Assembly: GCA_047288015.1 (NCBI GenBank)
Contig: CM103826.1
Span: forward strand, 3,853,510 to 3,917,509
Direction of reading: 5' to 3'
Length of the DNA stretch: 64,000 nt
Source: Mactra antiquata
Lineage: Eukaryota
In this document: positions 12,130 through 25,908 of the stretch, piece by piece
How the letters are laid out: each line of letters opens with the position of its first letter
Position numbering within the stretch: the first letter of the stretch is position 1
Program-made: the position numbers and the translations under genes
The notes under the pieces: generated by a model
The model's input: the letters and a program-made list of their open reading frames with translations, nothing else
Database searches by the model: none
What the model was told of the DNA's origin: nothing

Positions 12130-13480
12130 CCTTTCTATATGTATATTTTGATAATTCAGGGGACCTACCCTCGCTTTGTACAACATATAATGATAGTTCA
12201 GGGGACCTACCCTCGCTTTGTACAACTTATAATGATAGTTCAGTGTACCTACCCTCGCTTTGTACATCATATAATGACAGTTCAGTGTACCTACCCTCGC
12301 TTTGTACATCATATAATGATAGTTCAGGGGACCTACCCTCGCTTTGTACATCATATAATAATAGTTCAGGGGACCTACCCTCGCTTTGTACATCATATAA
12401 TAATAGTTCAAGGGACCTACCCTCGCTTTGTACATCATATAATGATAATTCAGTGTACCTACCCTCGCTTTGTACATCATATAATGATAGTTCAGTGTAC
12501 CTACCCTCGCTTTGTACATCATATAATAATAGTTCAGGGGACCTACCCTCGCTGTGTACAACATATAATGATAGTTCAGTGTACCTACCCTCGCTTTGTA
12601 CATCATATAATAATAGTTCAGTGTACCTACCCTCGCTGTGTACAACATATAATGATAGTTCCGGGTACCTACCCTCGCTTTGTACATCATATAATAATAG
12701 TTCAGTGTACCTACCCTCGCTGTGTACATCATATAATAATAGTTCAGTGTACCTACCCTCGCTTTGTACATCATATAATAATAGTTCAGTGTACCTACCC
12801 TCGCTGTGTACATCATATAATGATAGTTCAGTGTACCTACCCTCGCTGTGTACAACATATAATGATTGTTCAGTGTACCTACCCTCGCTGTGTACAGCAT
12901 ATAATGGTAGTTCAGTGTACCTACTCTCGATTTGTACATCATATAATGATAGTTCAGAGTACCTACCCTCGCTTTGTACATAATATAATGATAGTTCAGG
13001 GGACCTACCCTCGCTTTGTACATCATATAATGATAGTTCAGGGGACCTACCCTCGCTTTGTACATCATATAATGATAACTCAGGGTACCTTCTCTCGCTT
13101 TGAACATCATATAATAATAGTTCAGTGTACCTACCCTCGCTGTGTACAACATATAATGATAGTTCAGGGTATCTTCCCTAGCTTTGTACATCATATAATG
13201 ATAGTTCAGGGGACCTACCCTCGCTTTGTACATCATATAATGATAGTTCAGGGGACCTACCCTCGCTTTGTACAACTTATAATGATAGTTCAGGGTACCT
13301 ACCCTCGATTTGTACATCATATAATAATAGTTCAGGCCCTATCCTCGCTTTGTACAACATATTATAATTGTCCAGGGTATCTACATTCGCTTTGTACAAC
13401 ATATAATGATAGTATTAGGTACCTACCCTCGCTTTGTACATCATATAATGATAGTATTGGGTACCTACCCTCGCTTTGTA
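12130..13480. repeat. Minisatellite with a 42-bp unit, about 32 copies (~1.35 kb); consensus gtacatcatataatgatagttcaggggacctaccctcgcttt
   Basis: Head-to-tail copies with point variants (gggga/gtgta, gcttt/gctgt). The 42-bp period preserves all six reading frames, which explains the 293, 403 and 474-aa repetitive ORFs in the track. Confidence 0.95.
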
Positions 13481-16400
13481 CAGCATACATATATTCGGTC
13501 TTGTTGATACATGCACGTATTTTAATACAAGAAAACGAACAAGCAATTTAAAGTTTGCTTCCGTACATTTTCAGTCAATTTACGAGAAAAACTTACGCTT
13601 GTCTATATTTTGTCGTGCAATAACACATTGGCACGAGCTTGGATGCGAAAAAGTAACCACTTTTAAATGCCTTTTATTCCACGGGGTGTAAATCACCTTA
13701 TTGAAACAGCCATAATTATTGCAAAATAAAATATGGCTAAGCTTTCTATAACTGAGAAATAACCATTTCAGAGTTTTCCGTATAAGGAACTAAGGACACG
13801 CCCACTAGTTTTCATTAAATTTTGAAACACCTGCTAACTACATATGCTAGAAATTATATAACATGCTGTTTGAATATGAAGCTAAAATGATTACTGCTGA
13901 AAAACAACAAGAAAATGTGTTTTCAATGCATGTGGTAGTGGAAAACTCGTTTATGGGTATTAATTTGATCATCGATGTCGTCACGAATAACTAAATATGA
14001 CAATTATTCATATGCAAAGCTATTTAACAACTTCTTATTCAATGCCTAACGTCAAAAATTAAAAAAAATAATTTATAAATTGCTGAATCTTTAGTTTAAA
14101 CATATTTTATTGTCATAAATTCATAAATTATAAATATTAACATAAAGTTCATGTACAAGCAATGATACAATAAAATAAATCAATATGACAAAGGGGTCTG
14201 GTTACAGGTTCTAAATAACTTAATTACAACAATTCCCCTATGATGGTATCAACATGGTAATATTTACGGTAAAAGAACAATATAAAAGTGTCAACATTTT
14301 TCTAATAAGATCATACATTAAATTGAATTAAACGCACACGTATTTCTTACCCTTTTGTCAATATAATATAGCTAATCGATAGAGTATACTTACACATATA
14401 TATATTTATTCCCCAGGCCATAAAATCTACATGTAGACTCGTTTATTCGAAAATGGTATAAGAAAGGGAGACAATCCTATTTAGGATACACATCTAAGAT
14501 ATCAGTGTTGTCTCCCGTTAATTCTGAGTAGCATTAATTATTAGCATCAAACTGATACATCCCCTGTAGCTTTTAAAGTACACGCAAAACAACGTTGAAA
14601 ACAGAATTCAAAATAAAAAGTGTGGAGTCTGGACCATCTGAAAAAAATTATCGAACATCCCCCAGGAAAAAAAATCCCTACTAAATTTAGTGGGGATTTT
14701 TTCATTTTTTTTCCCTGGGGGAAGTTCGATATTTTTCCCTTGGATATAGCCCTGTTGGACCAATGTCCTGATACTGATAGCTCTTTGATTTTCTTTTTAT
14801 TATTCAACTGTACTAGCTGAGCTGGTTGACGACCGACGTTACATTTATGTTTTATGATCGAATTACATAAAAACTTGTCTGATAACCTTACAGAACATCA
14901 GTGTCGACATTTAGCTCACACATGGCATCAGTATGCATCACCAGACACATGCATGGTGTGCAGTATTTTGCCTCATAAGTCTGCGCATGATATAAAAGTT
15001 TTAATGACAGCTTCCCTTGTTTTGGTGAAGATACACTAAAATATGTGGATTGAAAAAGATAGGCGTTCTAAATGGGCGGAGTTAAAAAAACCGGCATGTA
15101 TGGTTGATAGCACAATACCTGTTAACACTAAACTCGGTATATATCGGCTTGCTAAGTAAAGAATGCGGAAATTACCGACTTTGTCCGAGTGCACGCAGTC
15201 GATCGGAAAAACCAGGAAGAGGCTTGAGAAATTGTTGAATCTTTATTGCAAAATTCGGTATTTTTCTGCGAGGTAAGATTCATCCATTAATTTTGTTTTG
15301 GTTATTTTGTGTATTGAAATGTTCCCTTTACGTTGCAAGTTATTATTGGACATGACAGTGTATGGTTTTCCTTCGTAAACGTGTTTTCCTGGCGTTGTCA
15401 GGCCGGAAAATAAACACACCTTGTTGTACATGTATTGACGTATGTATGGGGTATTGTGAAATACTTAAAATTGTTCGATTTTCTTACTACGTCAGAACTT
15501 GTTTGTCATTTCATTGATTCATAGCGTTTAATTGTGTTTAGTCGTCATGTTAAATGTTCGCCCTGCTTGAACATGAATTACATGACAATAATAGTTTATA
15601 AATTATAATTATCATGGACCCTATTATACAGGCTTATAAGGGTCCTAGTAATTATATAATTATAATGTTAAGTCATAACGTACAGTCTTGTAGTTCTGGC
15701 CAAGTTAGGGTCCTTGTTCTGGCTTCCAAAACTTTATGAGACACTTTTTTAACATTTTGTTTTTCATCAGATGTGGCATTATAGTTTTGGATCAGACCCG
15801 TTTCGAAACCTCACCAGGATAACGCCCATTTGTTTGAGCTTGTTTTACTTCGCAAATACCCTTTTGACAATTAAATCTTGTGCATAATTCGATAAAACAG
15901 TTATTTAAACATCATTTCATTAACAGTATACACAGGGTTCGCTGAAGACCTTAAGCTAACAGTCATGAAACACAGGTCTAGTGAAATTTGATTCAGGTTT
16001 GTGAAAAAAACATTCATATAGATGGGCATATAGCATTTGAAATGTTTGTCTATGTGCCTGTCTGTCTGTCCATCTGTCATGCTTTCATGTTTCAGGCTCA
16101 GCCACGTACTACTTTATTATTACTCAACAGATTTTGAAAGACTTGGCACAAATGTCAAGTGGGGAGGGCCTGCGGTGCCTCCCTTGTAGTTTTTAATATA
16201 CATGCTAAACAGCGTTGAATACAGGATTCAAAATGAAATTGTGAAGTCTGGATCATCTGAAAAAACCATAGGACTGGGGAAAATTTGGATCTCAATAGTT
16301 TAGTTTGAAATGTATGTCTTTACAGTACTGCAGGCGTCCAAAACTTTATAAGCCCCTATTTTACATTTTGTTTTTCATCACATCAGATGCGGCATTCATT

Positions 16401-16639
16401 AACAGTATACACACAGGTTCACTGAAGACCTTAAGTTAATGTCTTTATAGCTTTTTATTAAAGTGGGTTCCTGGATATTTCCTGAGTTATATCATATTTG
16501 TCTCCATTGGTGAAGTTCACAAATTTGCCATGGAAAGTCCGATTATCATATGCAATTAATTTGGAATTGGTTGGAATATTATCAAACATTTTGTCCATTC
16601 ATATGACAAATTCATGCAAATACAGTGTACACCGTATGG

Positions 16640-16810
16640 TAATTTATGGTGTTTTTCTCCGCTTTTTAGACAATATTTCAATTACATACCTGCAGTCAGT
16701 CGACCTACTCACTGTCTGTGGAGAGGCTTAGCTTTCTGACCCAAGCTTTTAATCTGAACTAAGCACATACCTTCATCATTGACTGACTACTGCTTTGCAT
16801 GTACTTGAAT
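16640..16810 (-). mobile_element. SINE fragment, family F
   Basis: Sequence ccgctttttagacaatatttcaattacatacctgcagtcagtcgacctactcactgtctgtggagaggcttagctttctgacccaagcttttaa... is shared with 26875-27110, 50040-50210, 50470-50560 and 61440-61745. Confidence 0.7.
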
Positions 16811-17944
16811 CAATAAAACAGTAGGAGGGAGAATGCAGGGCTTGAATTTAAGCTCGCATACTCACAAAATGCAAGTGGATTTTAAAAATTGTTACTAACT
16901 TTTATTTTAACTCGCAATTTTTTGCGAGTTGAAATCGCCGCAAAAATACCCATTATATTAGATAATAATCTCTCAGGCATAGGTAGCAAGTAAACATTGA
17001 CAAATTTATTAAACACACTTCAAGTGGACTGGCTCAAGAAGAACCAAAAGCAAAGAAATCCAAACCAGACTGGGCATCAAAACCATACTCTGAAATTTGG
17101 AGAAAAAAGCGAGTGCTTTTTTCATTTTGCGAGTTGAGATAAAATGGACTCACAAAAATTTGCAAGTCCTATTTTTTGTTAAATTTGAGCCCTGGCTTTT
17201 CCCTAAAACATTGTGCAAAAAAGGTCTTGTTCATTGTAAGTTTATTAAAATAAAGGTGGCCTATGGTATTTGTAATGTCAAAAAATAATCATGTCCAGAG
17301 GTGGCCTTTTTTGAGGAATAAAAGTCGTAAAAAGTGTTACTTGAGAGGGGTAGGGCTTAATTTGTTTTCTAATGAATGCAATTGGTGGTGTTAACTCAAC
17401 CCAAAAGTTAAAGTTATTTAAAATATGTGCTTGTGCAAATCTTCCTAGTTAATCTTTTTCATAGTCTTCATTATGTAATTTTGACAGCTTTAAAGTGGAT
17501 AATATTTGTTGCATTTAAAATGTGTTTAAAGACTTTATTGTAAAATATTGTTCAAGGCTATCATTTCTAAATATAGATTTATTTTTATACATGTACATGA
17601 TCTATATACTTAGTGTATATAATATAGTACAACATTCTATGTATTTCATATTGGTTGTGAAATCTCTCTATCCAGTATTGATCTATTAGATTTACTTAGT
17701 GTATTGCTGACAAGGCATTCAAGTAAGACATATAAAAGTACACCAATCTATGCGTTATAGTTAGTTCCATTTCTTAAAGGCTAGGGAGGGCTTGTAGCTC
17801 ATCTATAGGTCTTTTAAAAGTAAGTTTAATAACATTCTGTTTTATAGATGCATGTACATGTATATTCTATCTCTGTAGATGTCTGGTATTAAGTTTGTAT
17901 ATGGCAACATAATCATGATAATAATTTGTCATAATAATTTTTTT

Positions 17945-18110
17945 TACCCAAGTCTGTGTTGCAGTGGTAACACATAGGATTTCTAATCCAGTGTCCCAAA
18001 GGGATTGCTGGTTCGAGCCTCGCCCAGGTGGGTTATACTTGTGTGTAGGTTGACTGACCACTGTGATATGACTGAAAAAATGTCGGGAAGTGGCATAAAG
18101 CACCATACAT
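17945..18110 (+). mobile_element. Chimeric SINE: family D tRNA-like head joined to a family C 3' tail
   Basis: Sequence gtggtaacacataggatttctaatccagtgtcccaaagggattgctggttcgagcctcgcccaggtgggttatac is a D-type head. It is followed by ttgtgtgtaggttgactgaccactgtgatatgactgaaaaaatgtcgggaagtggcataaagcaccatacattac, a tail shared with 2805-2900, 35730-35830 and 49690-49760. Confidence 0.65.
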
Positions 18111-18900
18111 TACTCTTAGTTGGAATTGAGCTTTGTTTGAAAAGGAGCTTTCAAACTGGCTTATGGAAGGTCACTGGTAGTTTTAAAAACACAGTTCTAG
18201 GGAATAGAGATCTAGAATTATATTCAGGAAAGGAGATCAGATAAAACAAATTTTCAAAAGGGGAGGGGAAAGTTGCAGATCTGTCCATGTTTCATCTACC
18301 CTTTAACTGACTTTTTTAAGAATAACCCGGAATGCCAATATTTTTTAGATAGAATCGAACCTCGTGGAAATACATAAATTCATGAGAAAATTGGTTTGAA
18401 ATGTTATTGGAAGGTAGTTAGACTAAAAACTTGCTCTAGTAGCTAGTGAATGCGAAAAAATTAAAAAGTTAAAATTTTCGTATAAGATTTTCAATTTCAT
18501 TTTTTTTAATAAATTCTCAATTTTAGGCATATTTTGAGATTAAATCATGTTTAAACATGTTTGTAAATCTTTCTCAAACATTTACAATCTATTAATTGTT
18601 TGATATTATTATTCTGCTGTCCATGTTTACTTTTGAAATTAAAATGTTCTTACTTGAATATTAAGACCTTGGGTATGGTGTTACCTAGGCTGGGCAAGTA
18701 AAGACGTCAATGTCATAAACTAGAAATAAAACTGTTACCAAGGCATTTCTCTAGTAGGGTCACAGGGCATGGGTTATCTGGATAATTTCTTATTTTTCCC
18801 CACAATATTTTTATCTTATTATGCTGCCCAAATTTACTACTGAGGCATTCTGATTAAAACCCGATCTAAAATTCTCCGCTCGATGACTTGCTTATTTTAC

Positions 18901-19184
18901 ATCTGACAAGCTCGCAGTACGGGTCACGTTCAGCTGACCTTTGCTTTCATATATATGACACTCGCAATGAATCGCCAATCACAGCTCGGATAGCAAATTA
19001 CGTTTTGTCGACGTCACGAGACAAATAACATTCTCCGCCAAAATAGTTTGAAATTCGATCAAAAAATAGCAATTACGACATCCAGATGTTATTAATAGTG
19101 TTTCATCTAGACGAAAGCTATGCATTGATTGGTCGACACACAGGTCATCTGAACGTGACTCCCTGTGGGATGTCGAGAGATCCT
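18901..19184. mobile_element. ~280-bp element with imperfect terminal inverted repeats (gggtcacgttcagctgacc / ggtcatctgaacgtgactccc), inserted into another dispersed repeat
   Basis: Host repeat ctaaaattctccgctc...cttattttac|C|tataacagtagttt.aggat.tctgtttacggag is contiguous at 54297-54370. At 18860-19230 the same sequence is interrupted after cttattttaca by this 280-bp insert. Confidence 0.6.
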
Positions 19185-22100
19185 ATAACAGTAGTTTTAG
19201 GATGTCTGTTTACGGAGATTGCTCCTGAGGCAAATGTGACTCCATGTTGCTCAGTGTAGCTATGCCACAATATGTTATATCTTAAGTGCTTACATTTGGT
19301 GGTGCAATCTCCTTCCGGATTAGCGTGATCAATTCATATGTTGAAATGAACCTCGGTTACCCTATTTGCTTCTTTTTATACATCGGTATTTAGAAATTCC
19401 AGAAACTAGAATTATGGCATGCATTATTTAAATTCCTCAACACTAGGGTTTTTAGGGTGGTTGTTAGCCATAAGGGGGGACCCATGATTTTTCTTCTTGG
19501 GGTCATGCAAATGCCGAGCATATTATTTGAATAAGGTTTCAACTGTTTTAATGCAAGTATTTTAAAAATTCCAGGAGGTCCGAACTTTGATACCAGCCTG
19601 CTTGATCTACCATTTGCTCTATAGAAATCAAGTGAAACGAAGCTTATATCTCTTCTCTTTTCACTCTGGGGTGGCTCATTAATGAAGTTTTGTGTTAAAC
19701 GAGCCGTTATAAACACAGCCTATCTCTATAGCCTTGAACTTCTTATCACTAATAATGTTGAAACTTTTTATTAAAACATATTTTCTCCTGTCATTCACTG
19801 TGTTCACTCACTGTATTATAAGACCAGAGTCAAAACATTTTTCTAGGAGGGGGGGGGAGCTCTACCTATGCATTGGAAAGTCCAGACTTCATATTAGATC
19901 ATTTTGAATTGCAGTTTTTACAAGTTTGAGTATTCCAGGGGGTTCCCCACCATCTCAACCCCATCACTGAATCTGCCTGTATCAATGTTAAGTATGAATG
20001 TACCTCATATGAATATTAGTAACTAGAACTAAATAGGGTAAGATCGTCATAATCTTAATAGTACTGAAGTCAATTTACTTACGGTTGATATCATATAATA
20101 AAATACTGTAATGGGGACTACGTATGTTGAAACCACCTATACTATTTATATCGATTACAAACCATTGGACTGTAATAGCTATTTTTATACCGAGATTATA
20201 CACTAGTATACTGTATGTATGAAAACAGCCTGTAGTTGAAGAGCTTGTGAAATACCTATACTAATACATTTATTTCATTTTACCTTGGACTTTGATTGTT
20301 TAAAGGTGGGTTGCTTTCTGTATTACATTTGATTTGATATAATGTAAGTCGTTCAGGTGTCCTTAATTTATGTAATTAATTTAATACTGGATAGTTTGCT
20401 TTCTACTGAAGTATGTGTGTTTCTGTGTTATTTTGTATAAATATTTAGTGATTTGCTTTTACCTGTTAATGTTTTCCATTAGCTTTAAGTTGATTCAGGA
20501 CTGTATAAATATGTACATGTACTTTAATAGTGTAGTGTAAAAAAATTATTTATTCATGTTGCTGTAATGTTTTAACACCAGATATTTTGGTTCTTACATA
20601 CTTAGTTATGTTTTTTTCTAGTTCTTTTTCCTGTATTTTAGTGCTGCTAAAAAACTTCTTTAGATCAAAATTCTGTTTTGATATTTGCATGTTTGCCAAT
20701 AATAATCATTCATCATTAATTAGCTTTCTTATATACTTGTATTTCATAACTGGAGCGTTAACTGTTACAAAATTTGTACTTGCTTGGCAAATTACCATGA
20801 AGTTTGATTTCAGACTTAAACAGTTTTGAAGTTTAATTTGTTAAAATATGGTAGACCTACATTGCTTTGACTGCCGCGATATGACTGAAAAAAATGTTGA
20901 AAACAGACGCAAATCACCATGAATTACATTGCTTTGACCTAACGCCATACTGGCTATGCAGGGAATTATATCGGACAAATTTTCTTACTCTGCCCCAGTT
21001 ATAACTGCATAAACTTAATAGATATATGACCAGAGATCTACTATGTATATATATATTGTTATAATATTGATCTACCTTGAGCTGTCTAGATTATTATATA
21101 TATATATATATATGTACATATAGTTGTACTTATACATGTATTTACTTCAGTTAACTAGTTACGACAAGTATGAAATTTTTAATGTTTATTTAAACTTTAC
21201 CTTTATATAAATGTACATATATAAATATGAAGTAGTGTAAGGTAATTTTGACTTTGCTCCTTTAGGTTATAATCTAAACAATGGATATTGTAAAATTGTA
21301 TAAAATGTAAATGATTGTCTGAAAATTGGGTTATGATAAATTGAATAGTAAAATATGCCATATTTTGTCTTGTTAACAGAAGATATGATACCAAAATAGA
21401 CTCTTTTTTTCAAGTGGGGATTGAACTTGGGACCTGTAAACCTGGGCTCTACAACTGTGCCATGGCGCATTTTGTATGTCTATGTATTTAATGGTAAATC
21501 TGTCACTTGTTAACTTGCCTTCTTACATGGTAAACATTCATTCCATCATTCAGTTAATATACATTCATCAGGGCAAGTTAGATCATGTGAAACTATAGCT
21601 CTGCATTGACAGTATTCAATTACATGAATCAATTTTCAATTTACATTTTTTGCATACAGTATTGACATAGGTCAAAACTTTGGGCTTATATTTCATTTTG
21701 TATTGGTTTAATGTAGAGCGTTACAAATTGTACTTCAATAAGTAGCATACTTTTACCCGATATATAGCTTTGTGAATGGTATATAGATTTATTTGTTCAT
21801 GGTTCAATTATTCTATCAATTATTCTATGTACTGGTACCCGGCATATTACTTAGTTTCAGGGTCTTTGATCAATATCACGGGTGTAACTAACTAGGTAAA
21901 TTCAATGATTTCTGAACAATCAATACATTTTTATAGGAAATCATCTTCCTTTGATATTTTGTTTCTCACATGAATGCTAAACTATTCAAAGTGAGTCTTT
22001 GTGGCTCACTTGTTGGCCCATATCTAGAATGTTTTAATGTTGATATTTAGTAGCGTTAAAATCTAAAGTAACTTAAACCATATTAAACAAGACCAGTAAT

Positions 22101-23410
22101 GTTAGACATAGCTGTCCTTTTGAAATTAACAAACAAGTGGTTATACTATAAAGTTTCTGATAAATGATTACCTCAGGCAGGATTACCGGCTCATCTATCA
22201 TGTTGACTCACATCGTACCTTAAATGGTACAAATAGCTGTATACATTGAGGTCCTTCTTCCTTGTATAGATACACTTGTACACTTTGTGTTTGAATAAAA
22301 AAGTGTTTTTAATATAGAAGTTACCTTTTTTTATTTGGATTTACGCCATTACTCAACACTTTTATTTAGTTATTTACAGGGACAGGTTTAGCTAGTGATT
22401 ATTTTAAAACAGAATAGCAGGGTGCAGCACCCTGTCCTTTTTCTGTCTTCCCTGCCCCTTTTCCTCCCGCATGCAGAAATAGTTACTTGAAAACGTCTAC
22501 CCTAAGTGCACTACACCTTTTTCTGCCTACCTACCCTTTTCTGAGTTCTAGAATAATCTCTAGGTTTACATGTAACTAACCAGCTTTCCTGAACAATATT
22601 CTTCAACCGTTTTACCAAATTGAATAATGCTTACATTTCCATAAGGAGCCGATGTTAACTTTGAACATACTATACAGGAAAAGATTAACATTCATTGTCA
22701 AATTTTCATGGAATGGTATGACCTGCCATGGCTTGGAATAGAACTTGGATGGCCAGATTTGAAGACGAATGTGCTTACCTCACAATCAGACTCGATATTT
22801 TTCTTTTTAAAATTCAAAATTAGAAGTACAAAAGTGCTGTACTCTACTGCATAGATATATGTATATGATGTGTGATTTGTGGACAAGTCTGGAGTACACA
22901 AAGTACTTGAAAGTAATTTAGGGTTGATAACACCTTTCAAATTACCATGTGTTGATTTATACATTTGATATGATGACCCTTGTCTTGATGAATAATTTAT
23001 TCCCTTGAGTTAGTCATCTTACCCCTTGAGCTTCTGGCACGGTCCTTAATGCATGATCTAGCAGGGCTTTTTGTTTTTACATAACAGAGGCTGTTTACAG
23101 GTGCCTTCCTCTTCTGAAATTTCTTTAAAATCATGCAGTTTTCCACAAATCTAGAGTTTACCTTGGATTTTTCTTTCCCCAATCAGCAAATTTGCGATAA
23201 AAATTCCCCAAATGTTCTATACATAGTAAGATCCCAGGCCCCTTCCCCAAATACTTAAAAAAGCCCTATCTGGTTAATAGGCTGTGAGCAAGTGGGCATG
23301 GTTCTCATAATTCCATGAACAAACTTAGTGCATCAAAATATTGTCAAAAGACATGCCAATAACATAAATCTACTATTTCTATTTTCAGAATTGAAGACCT
23401 AAACAGTAAC

Positions 23411-23544
23411 CATGGCAACAAGAAAAGATACAGAATCCCTATTCAGGATTCCACCATATTACTATATACATGTTCTGGATCAGAATAAGAATGTAACCAG
23501 ACTGGAAGTGGGTCCACAGACCTTTATTCGTCAAGACAATGAAA
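23411..23544 (+). CDS. MVP: Major vault protein, coding exon 1 (start codon; ends phase 2)
   Basis: ATG in Kozak context aaccATGG. Translation [44 protein letters not shown] matches the MVP N-terminus (human [42 protein letters not shown]). Donor is GTAAAA. The ATG exon follows an acceptor tttcag at ~23386-23391, so a non-coding 5' exon must lie upstream. Confidence 0.85.
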
Positions 23545-24179
23545 GGTAAAATTTACTCGTTACTTTCAATTGGCTTACTATCCTTACTAAAGAATCTGTA
23601 AGGTCATGACCTTGAAAGCGGCTATATTTTATATTCATTTACAGCAGATAAGAAAAAGGTTTTACAACCTTAAAGTCAATTACATATAACAAGCTTTAGA
23701 CACAAAATAACCCTGTCAAACTGTTTTGCTTTCAAAATTTTAATTAAACAACGTGGCCATTAATCTTAAAAAACAAGGTTCTTTTTATTCTACTTTTAGT
23801 TTCAATCTACTTTGACTTTGGAATGCAGTAAATAGCGTTGAAAGATATTGAGTTGAAATGACTTTTGACGATTTTTTTTTCGGTTAAGTGATACAAAATA
23901 TATCTGTATCAGTTAACTTTTTCCATTTATTTTGCATTCCATGTACAGGTTATAAAGTCTTGATATAGTGGCTTGAAGGGTGGTAAACATTTGATCTTAA
24001 CACAACTATATAACTGGGAGATTTCTCCCTTGGTGTCAAGAATGGTTTTATTAGTGATGTACATGTTTCAAAGCACCCAATTATACTATCTGTGAAATTC
24101 AAGGTTTAGGGGATTCCATGGTTGGTTTTCTCCCAGAAATTTCTACTCGTATCATATATGCTTGATGTTCTTATTACAG

Positions 24180-24375
24180 GGTTGTGGTTGGACCAGAAAA
24201 GATGATCACTGTGCCACCAAGGCATTACTGTGTTATTGAAAACCCTACACTGAAAGATAAAGACAGTAAAGTCGTCCTTGATGCTAGTGGTCAAGTTAAA
24301 CTTTTACATGCTGATCAAGAAATTAGACAAGCACAGGATCCATTCCCACTTTATCCTGGGGAAGTTTTAAAATTG
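24180..24375 (+). CDS. MVP: Major vault protein, coding exon 2
   Basis: Acceptor ttattacag. Translation (R)[65 protein letters not shown] matches human [17 protein letters not shown]...[12 protein letters not shown]. Donor GTAAGT. Frame anchored by ORF 24184-24402. Confidence 0.9.
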
Positions 24376-24404
24376 GTAAGTAAAGGAGACCCTTGTCTAT
24401 AAAT

Positions 24405-24595
24405 AGTACTCACCTACCCTCCCACTAGGCTGGCAACTTCTCCATATATCTTATTAATGGAGGAAAATCGACATTATTGTCAAATTTTCATGGAAGGATA
24501 TAACCAGCCCTGATGAGGCTCAAACCCGCGACCTCTTCGGGACTCTAGATTCAAAATCCTGTGTGTAGCCTACTACGCTGCAGACCAAGGTTACC
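24405..24595 (-). mobile_element. SINE, family D, partial; a further 3' fragment lies at 24878-24940 (MVP intron 2)
   Basis: Reverse-complement body and head, with a disjoint terminal fragment gggtttaacgctgtgtcaacacaaattatggtcattttacgg. Confidence 0.75.
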
Positions 24596-25642
24596 TGATA
24601 TGACTTGCGTACCGATAGCCTTAGTTTGAAACACTGTCGGTGAAAGTGTTCTGATGGGTCTACAGAAGTGACCAGCCACTGTATGTTGACGATGGCTTCC
24701 ACCTCTACTCCTCTTACCATTACCATAGCCAGTTTGATGCACACTCAGCAGTTTAAAAGAGGACCTGGTGATAAACATGAAAAAAAATATCAAAATTTAT
24801 CATTAATATGTTACTAGGTTATTTCATCCATCATTCAACAGACTGTACTACATGTACATAGTTTTGTTTTGTTGTTTTTTTTTGGTTGGGTTTAACGCTG
24901 TGTCAACACAAATTATGGTCATTTTACGGTAGCACATGTACATGGTAATGTCGCACGAAATGTCAAATAAATCAATCTATTTCATGATCAATATTGATTA
25001 TAGAAAACATTACCGAATGTTGTTTCGTTGATTATTGATGAATTCATATTGTATTTATTGTTAAAGTAACATTTGAATGTAAATGTCAAAATCAGTCGAG
25101 GTTGTTTGTTTTAATTATAAAAAGTCAAAAGTTTTAGTCTATTGATGAAATTGGCATTTATTATATGTAGGCTACTTCTAAATGTAATGATGCATCATAG
25201 TCTGACATTTGTCAAATTTTAATTGTCACACTCAAATCAACAAAATGCTGCTATTATATTCAAAGTGTCTAAAGGCTATTAAAGCTGTAACTGACAGATT
25301 ATGCCGCACGTAAATTTTCACGTAAGTGGTCTCACTTTCTAATGACCACAGTTTAAAGAAATTTTGTAATAAAAAATGCCTATGCAATTTAATACACAAG
25401 ATTGATCATGATATCAGATTAAATCACAATGCAATTGAAAATTGCTGCTGGTTATCAATTGTGTCCACTAGATCATGTATGTCTAGAATGCTGCTTACCA
25501 TAACAGAGTTAATCAACATGAAAATGTATGTAAATTTTTCTGTAAGAAAAGTTGGCTTACACAGTGTGTATTAAATTATATTTGTTTCAATTTCAGTCTC
25601 TTGAAGTTATTCTTATCATTATATAAATGATTAACTCATATC

Positions 25643-25908
25643 CATAGTGCAGTAGGCTACGCGCAGGATTTCGAATCCAGTGTCCCGAAGGGGTCGCTGG
25701 TTCAAGCCTCACCTGGGCTGGTTATACCCTTCCATGAAAATTCAACAATTATGTTGATTTTTCTCCATTAATAGGGTATATGGAGAAGTTGTCAGCCTTG
25801 TGGAAGGGTAGGCGAGTACTGATTATAAACAAGGGTCCAGGAAAGCTAGGTTAAGATGAGATGGCCACAATAAAATGACAATAATTTGTATTGACACAGA
25901 GTTAAAAA
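25643..25908 (+). mobile_element. SINE, family D, full length (MVP intron 2)
   Basis: Runs ccatagtgcagtaggctacgcgcaggatttcgaatccagtgtcccgaaggggtcgctggttcaagcctcacctgggctggttataccc...gacacagagttaaa. Confidence 0.9.

Noticed and set aside
12102-13551. Three long ORFs (293, 403 and 474 aa) overlapping on both strands
   Set aside because: They are produced entirely by the 42-bp-unit minisatellite, which has few stop codons. They lack homology, start context and splice signals, and the same DNA is open in several frames.
1-23000. Search for additional genes in the first 23 kb (ORFs of 60-110 aa at 1079, 10613, 19390 and elsewhere)
   Set aside because: There are no recognisable protein motifs or consistent splice-phased exon chains. 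Most ORFs fall inside SINEs, MITEs or AT-rich spacer. I cannot exclude non-coding RNA genes or exons of a gene whose recognisable parts lie outside the window.
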